DNA of 63,436 bases, filler included, from Deltaproteobacteria bacterium (GTDB lineage Bacteria > JAUYMQ01): NCBI GenBank assembly GCA_030698575.1. It is 8 parts of 8 records of this genome, joined end to end, with 100 filler letters (N's around TTAATTAATTAA, not from the genome) between each part and the next. Parts side by side here need not be neighbours in the genome. Positions count along the whole stretch, not along the records: positions 38,054 to 63,436 come from JAUYMQ010000571.1; 7 more parts are not named here. The stretch is one strand, 5' to 3'. How positions within the stretch are numbered: position 1 is the first letter of the stretch; each line of letters opens with the position of its first letter. Both the position numbers and the translations under genes were made by a program. Below the pieces are notes generated by a model. That model was given only the letters and a program-made list of their open reading frames with translations. It had not been told where the DNA came from and did no database searches. Below, piece by piece: positions 60,415 through 63,436 of the stretch.

Positions 60415-60858
60415 GTGGGAGAGGTAAAGCAGGTCACGCCCGCCGAGGCCAGCCGGATCCTGACGGCTTCTGGCGACGCGCTGTACCTGGATGTCCGCAC
60501 GGAAGAGGAGTTCGCCGCGGGGCATCCCGAGGGCGCCCTCAACATTCCGATTCTCTTCCGCGGACCGGGAGGGCCGTCGCCTAATCCCGATTTCCTCGCG
60601 GTGGCGGAAAGCGTCCTTCCGAAAGACCGGGCCATCCTCTGCGGGTGCCAGAGCGGCGGGCGTTCGCAGATGGCCGCGGGGGCCCTCACGGGCGCGGGCT
60701 ACGCCAACGTCTCGAACGTGGACGGCGGGTTCGGCGGAAAGCGCGACGCAACCGGCAGGACGGTCGTCCCGGGCTGGCAGGAGAGCGGGCTCCCCGTGTC
60801 GCAGAGTCCCGCCGCCGGTGCGAGCTACGTGGAACTGAAGAAGAAGGCAGGCTTCTGA
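60415..60858 (+). CDS. Rhodanese-domain protein
   Basis: LDVRTEEEFAAGHPEGALNIP, CQSGGRS. Confidence 0.92.
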   Translation: MGEVKQVTPAEASRILTASGDALYLDVRTEEEFAAGHPEGALNIPILFRGPGGPSPNPDFLAVAESVLPKDRAILCGCQSGGRSQMAAGALTGAGYANVSNVDGGFGGKRDATGRTVVPGWQESGLPVSQSPAAGASYVELKKKAGF

Positions 60859-61568
60859 TGGTCAAGATCAACAAGGTCTACACCCGCACCGGCGATCAGG
60901 GCGATACGGGTCTCGTCGACGGCTCGCGCGTGGCCAAGGACTCGCTCCGCGTCGAGGCCTACGGCGCCGTTGACGAGCTGAATGCCGGACTTGGCCTGGC
61001 GCGCGTCTGGAACGACCGTGGGAAGAAGGATCGCGCATCACGCTGGCTCGACGGGGTGCTTCGGAAGCTTCAGGACGAACTTTTTGATCTGGGGAGCGAA
61101 CTTGCCTCGCCTCCTGGTTTCGACTATCCGGGGAAGTTTGTGGTCGGCGCGGAGGAGATCCGCGCCCTCGAGGCGATCATCGACCGGTGCACGGCCGAGA
61201 CCGATCCCCTTACCTCGTTCATTCTGCCCGGAGGCGGGCCGGTGAGCGGGTTCCTTCATCTGGCGCGGACCGTGGCCCGCAGGGCGGAGCGCGATGTGCT
61301 CCGGCTTGTTCGGGATGAGCCGGCAACCGGCACGCAGGTGCTGGCCTATCTGAATCGCCTGTCCGACCTGCTGTTCGTGCTCAGCCGGTGGGCGGGCAAG
61401 CACCGGGGCGAAACCGAATATCTTTGGGAGCGGGGGCTTCGCACCCATGCCGCTAAGCGGCGATCAGCATCTCGCCGGCCCACGACCGCGAGAGCGTCGC
61501 GGCCAGCGTCCGGAAAGGCCCCCGCAAAGCGGAAGGGCGGGCCCGGCCGTGGAAGGAAGGGGAGCTGA
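60858..61568 (+). CDS. PduO-type cob(I)alamin adenosyltransferase
   Basis: VYTRTGDQG, YGAVDELN, FILPGG, RRAER, YLNRLSDLLF. Confidence 0.94.
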   Translation: MVKINKVYTRTGDQGDTGLVDGSRVAKDSLRVEAYGAVDELNAGLGLARVWNDRGKKDRASRWLDGVLRKLQDELFDLGSELASPPGFDYPGKFVVGAEEIRALEAIIDRCTAETDPLTSFILPGGGPVSGFLHLARTVARRAERDVLRLVRDEPATGTQVLAYLNRLSDLLFVLSRWAGKHRGETEYLWERGLRTHAAKRRSASRRPTTARASRPASGKAPAKRKGGPGRGRKGS

Positions 61569-62266
61569 TGACCGAGCAGAAGACGGAGGGGATCTACTTC
61601 AAGCAGGTTCTCGCGGGGCCGATGGAAAACTTCGTCTATCTGATTGGCGATCCGGTCACGCGCGAAGCCGCCGTCGTCGACGCTGCCTGGGACGTGGGGG
61701 CATTGCTCGATCTTGCCAATGAGGACGGCTACCGTGTCACCCACGCGCTGGTCACTCACACCCACCCCGATCACGTGGGCGGGCAGTTCTCCGGCATGGA
61801 CATCGAGGGGATCGCGGCGCTTCTGGAGCGCCAGCCGGTGAAGGTCGTCATCCACAAGGACGAGGCCGAGTTTCTCAAGCGCTTCACCGGCGTTTCGGAT
61901 TCCGATCTCGTCAAGGCCAGCGGCGGTGATGAGGTGCGCGTGGGAAATATCGATGTCAAGCTCGTCCACACGCCCGGGCACACACCGGGATCTCAGTGCT
62001 TCCTCGTCGATCGACGCCTGGTCTCGGGCGACACCCTCTTCATCGGTTCCTGCGGGCGGATCGATCTTCCGGGCAGCGATCCGGAGGCCATGTACCGCAG
62101 CCTCAACGAGACCCTCCGGCGGATGGACGATGACGTCGTGCTATATCCTGGCCACAACTATGCCGACAGGCCTTTCTCGACCATGGGGGAGCAGAAGCGT
62201 GACAACCACTTCTTGCGCTTCAACAACGTCTCGGACTTTCTGAGGGTTATGGGCTCGCCTATGTGA
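61568..62266 (+). CDS. Metallo-beta-lactamase fold hydrolase (glyoxalase II-like)
   Basis: THTHPDHVGG, HTPGHT, GDTLF, YPGH. Confidence 0.93.
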   Translation: MTEQKTEGIYFKQVLAGPMENFVYLIGDPVTREAAVVDAAWDVGALLDLANEDGYRVTHALVTHTHPDHVGGQFSGMDIEGIAALLERQPVKVVIHKDEAEFLKRFTGVSDSDLVKASGGDEVRVGNIDVKLVHTPGHTPGSQCFLVDRRLVSGDTLFIGSCGRIDLPGSDPEAMYRSLNETLRRMDDDVVLYPGHNYADRPFSTMGEQKRDNHFLRFNNVSDFLRVMGSPM

Positions 62267-62339
62267 GGCGCGCCTGATTCATTCGCGGGTCGCGGCGCGC
62301 GGACGCGCACGCGGTAACTTGAAAAAAAACGGGGAGATT

Positions 62340-62681
62340 ATGCGTCATTCCAGAACGGCAAGACTCTGTCTTATTTTCGCCCTGCTCGGCACGCTGGCCT
62401 TTTTCGGGGCCTGCGGAAAGGCCGAGAAGGGCACGCAGATCATCATCGATGATCCGACTCGCACGAAGTACGGCCACAATCTGTATAGCGAACCCGGGGG
62501 GCTCGGCGGCACTACAGAGTGGGTGAACGTGGGCGAATTCGCGGAGCAGCTCGAGGAGCGACAGGTGGGAGGCGAACTGGCCGGCGCCATACCGGGCGTC
62601 TGGGTGAAGGTCAGGACGCTCTATGATCCGCGCGAGGGGTGGATCGAGAAGGACAACACCCGCCCGGCGGCAACAAAATGA
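62340..62681 (+). CDS. Hypothetical lipoprotein
   Basis: Signal peptide with lipobox FGAC; GGAG RBS. Confidence 0.65.
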   Translation: MRHSRTARLCLIFALLGTLAFFGACGKAEKGTQIIIDDPTRTKYGHNLYSEPGGLGGTTEWVNVGEFAEQLEERQVGGELAGAIPGVWVKVRTLYDPREGWIEKDNTRPAATK

Positions 62682-62719
62682 CTGCCTGACGGGCCGCGCC
62701 CGCATATCTACCGAAAAGC

Positions 62720-62751
62720 CATCGGGCCCTCCCCTGCGGGAGGGCCCGATG
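62720..62751. terminator. Hairpin between convergent genes
   Basis: Perfect 14-bp stem CATCGGGCCCTCCC-CTGC-GGGAGGGCCCGATG. Confidence 0.7.
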
Positions 62752-62772
62752 CCGTCAAGCTCCCGCACGCCC

Positions 62773-63435
62773 TCAGATGAGGGGCATGCCCCACCAGTTG
62801 TCGTGATAGTTCCGGATCAAGTAGGCCGCCACCACCCCGACGCCCCCCCTCAGCCAGGGCAGCTCACCGGGCTTCAGCGTCTGGGCCCCGGCGAGGATCG
62901 CCGCGAAGGGAATCACGGAAGTGTGCTCGAAGAACGCCTGTGCCTCGGGCGCGGCCTCGCGCCGCTTCCGGGCATCCTGGTGGAACGCGCCCGCTAGGGA
63001 AAACAGCGACAGGCCGCCGAAGAACGCGAGGTCGCTCGGAAAACCGTTGGGGATGCAGTGCGCCAGCCCCAGTAGGGCCGTGCCCGCGAGGAAGGGGTGC
63101 CGGGTGATGCGCGTCAGCCCCCGGGGTTCGTAGGGGTCGCGCGAACCCAGTGAAAGCGGGCTCGGCGCGAGGAGACCGGCGCTTATCAGGAAGAAGGCGA
63201 CATAGGCGAGCGCCTCGGTGACGCGCACGGCCGGAATGCTCAGGCGCAGATCCCAGAACGGCGCGCCGGCATGCCGCGCCGGAAAGTACGCCATGACGAG
63301 AACGGTGAACGCCGCCCGGGCGATGCGTGAGTAAACGCCGCTGAAACCCAGGGGGCCGAGCTTGCCGGTCAGCGCTGAACGGTTGCTTCCGTGGGAGAGG
63401 AGGATGTGGCTTCCGCCGAAGGTAATCCAGCCGAG
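62773..63435 (-). CDS. nnrU: NnrU family membrane protein (5' partial)
   Basis: FGGSH...LG..GFSGVYS, RITRHPF, HQDAR, TSVIPFAAI. Confidence 0.85.
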   Translation of the reverse strand, partial: LGWITFGGSHILLSHGSNRSALTGKLGPLGFSGVYSRIARAAFTVLVMAYFPARHAGAPFWDLRLSIPAVRVTEALAYVAFFLISAGLLAPSPLSLGSRDPYEPRGLTRITRHPFLAGTALLGLAHCIPNGFPSDLAFFGGLSLFSLAGAFHQDARKRREAAPEAQAFFEHTSVIPFAAILAGAQTLKPGELPWLRGGVGVVAAYLIRNYHDNWWGMPLI

Positions 63436-63436
63436 G

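Noticed and set aside
1..63436. CRISPR arrays, rRNA and tRNA genes
   Set aside because: No repeat-spacer periodicity or recognisable structural RNA seen by eye; tRNAscan-SE and Infernal would be decisive.

Overview
The window is not one locus. It is eight unrelated contigs of a high-GC bacterial draft or metagenome-assembled genome joined by artificial 100-bp N/TTAATTAATTAA spacers; gene content suggests a deltaproteobacteria-like organism, but taxonomy cannot be fixed from sequence alone. Contigs: (1) 1-2896, DnaK paralog and EI24/CysZ-like protein. (2) 2997-6051, MraZ-box promoter, diguanylate cyclase, HDAC. (3) 6152-12370, phage-type module (DNA adenine methylase, ParB-N, TerS, TerL) with a defective IS integrase. 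(4) 12471-18747, mosaic island: IS3 end, beta-barrel remnant, MITE, GH15, GT4, XRE regulator, truncated tyrosine integrase, long-form OtsA N-terminus. (5) 18848-23445, yicC-gmk-relA/spoT-lemA. (6) 23546-34502, glycosylation cluster with a radical SAM enzyme. (7) 34603-37953, XylR/DmpR-type sigma54 activator flanked by two sigma54 promoters that serve receiver-STAS-rnfE and hflK. (8) 38054-63436, housekeeping genes (gatB, asmA-like, mtnA, glnE, ilvE, nuoB, nuoI, lpdA, lipB, arfB and others). Best leads: the compact methylase/ParB/terminase module with no visible capsid genes, the sigma54-controlled receiver-STAS-Rnf unit, a candidate anti-Shine-Dalgarno sRNA at about 47529-47676, and a basic Cys-rich gene between nuoB and nuoI. 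All family calls rest on motif recognition by eye, not database searches.
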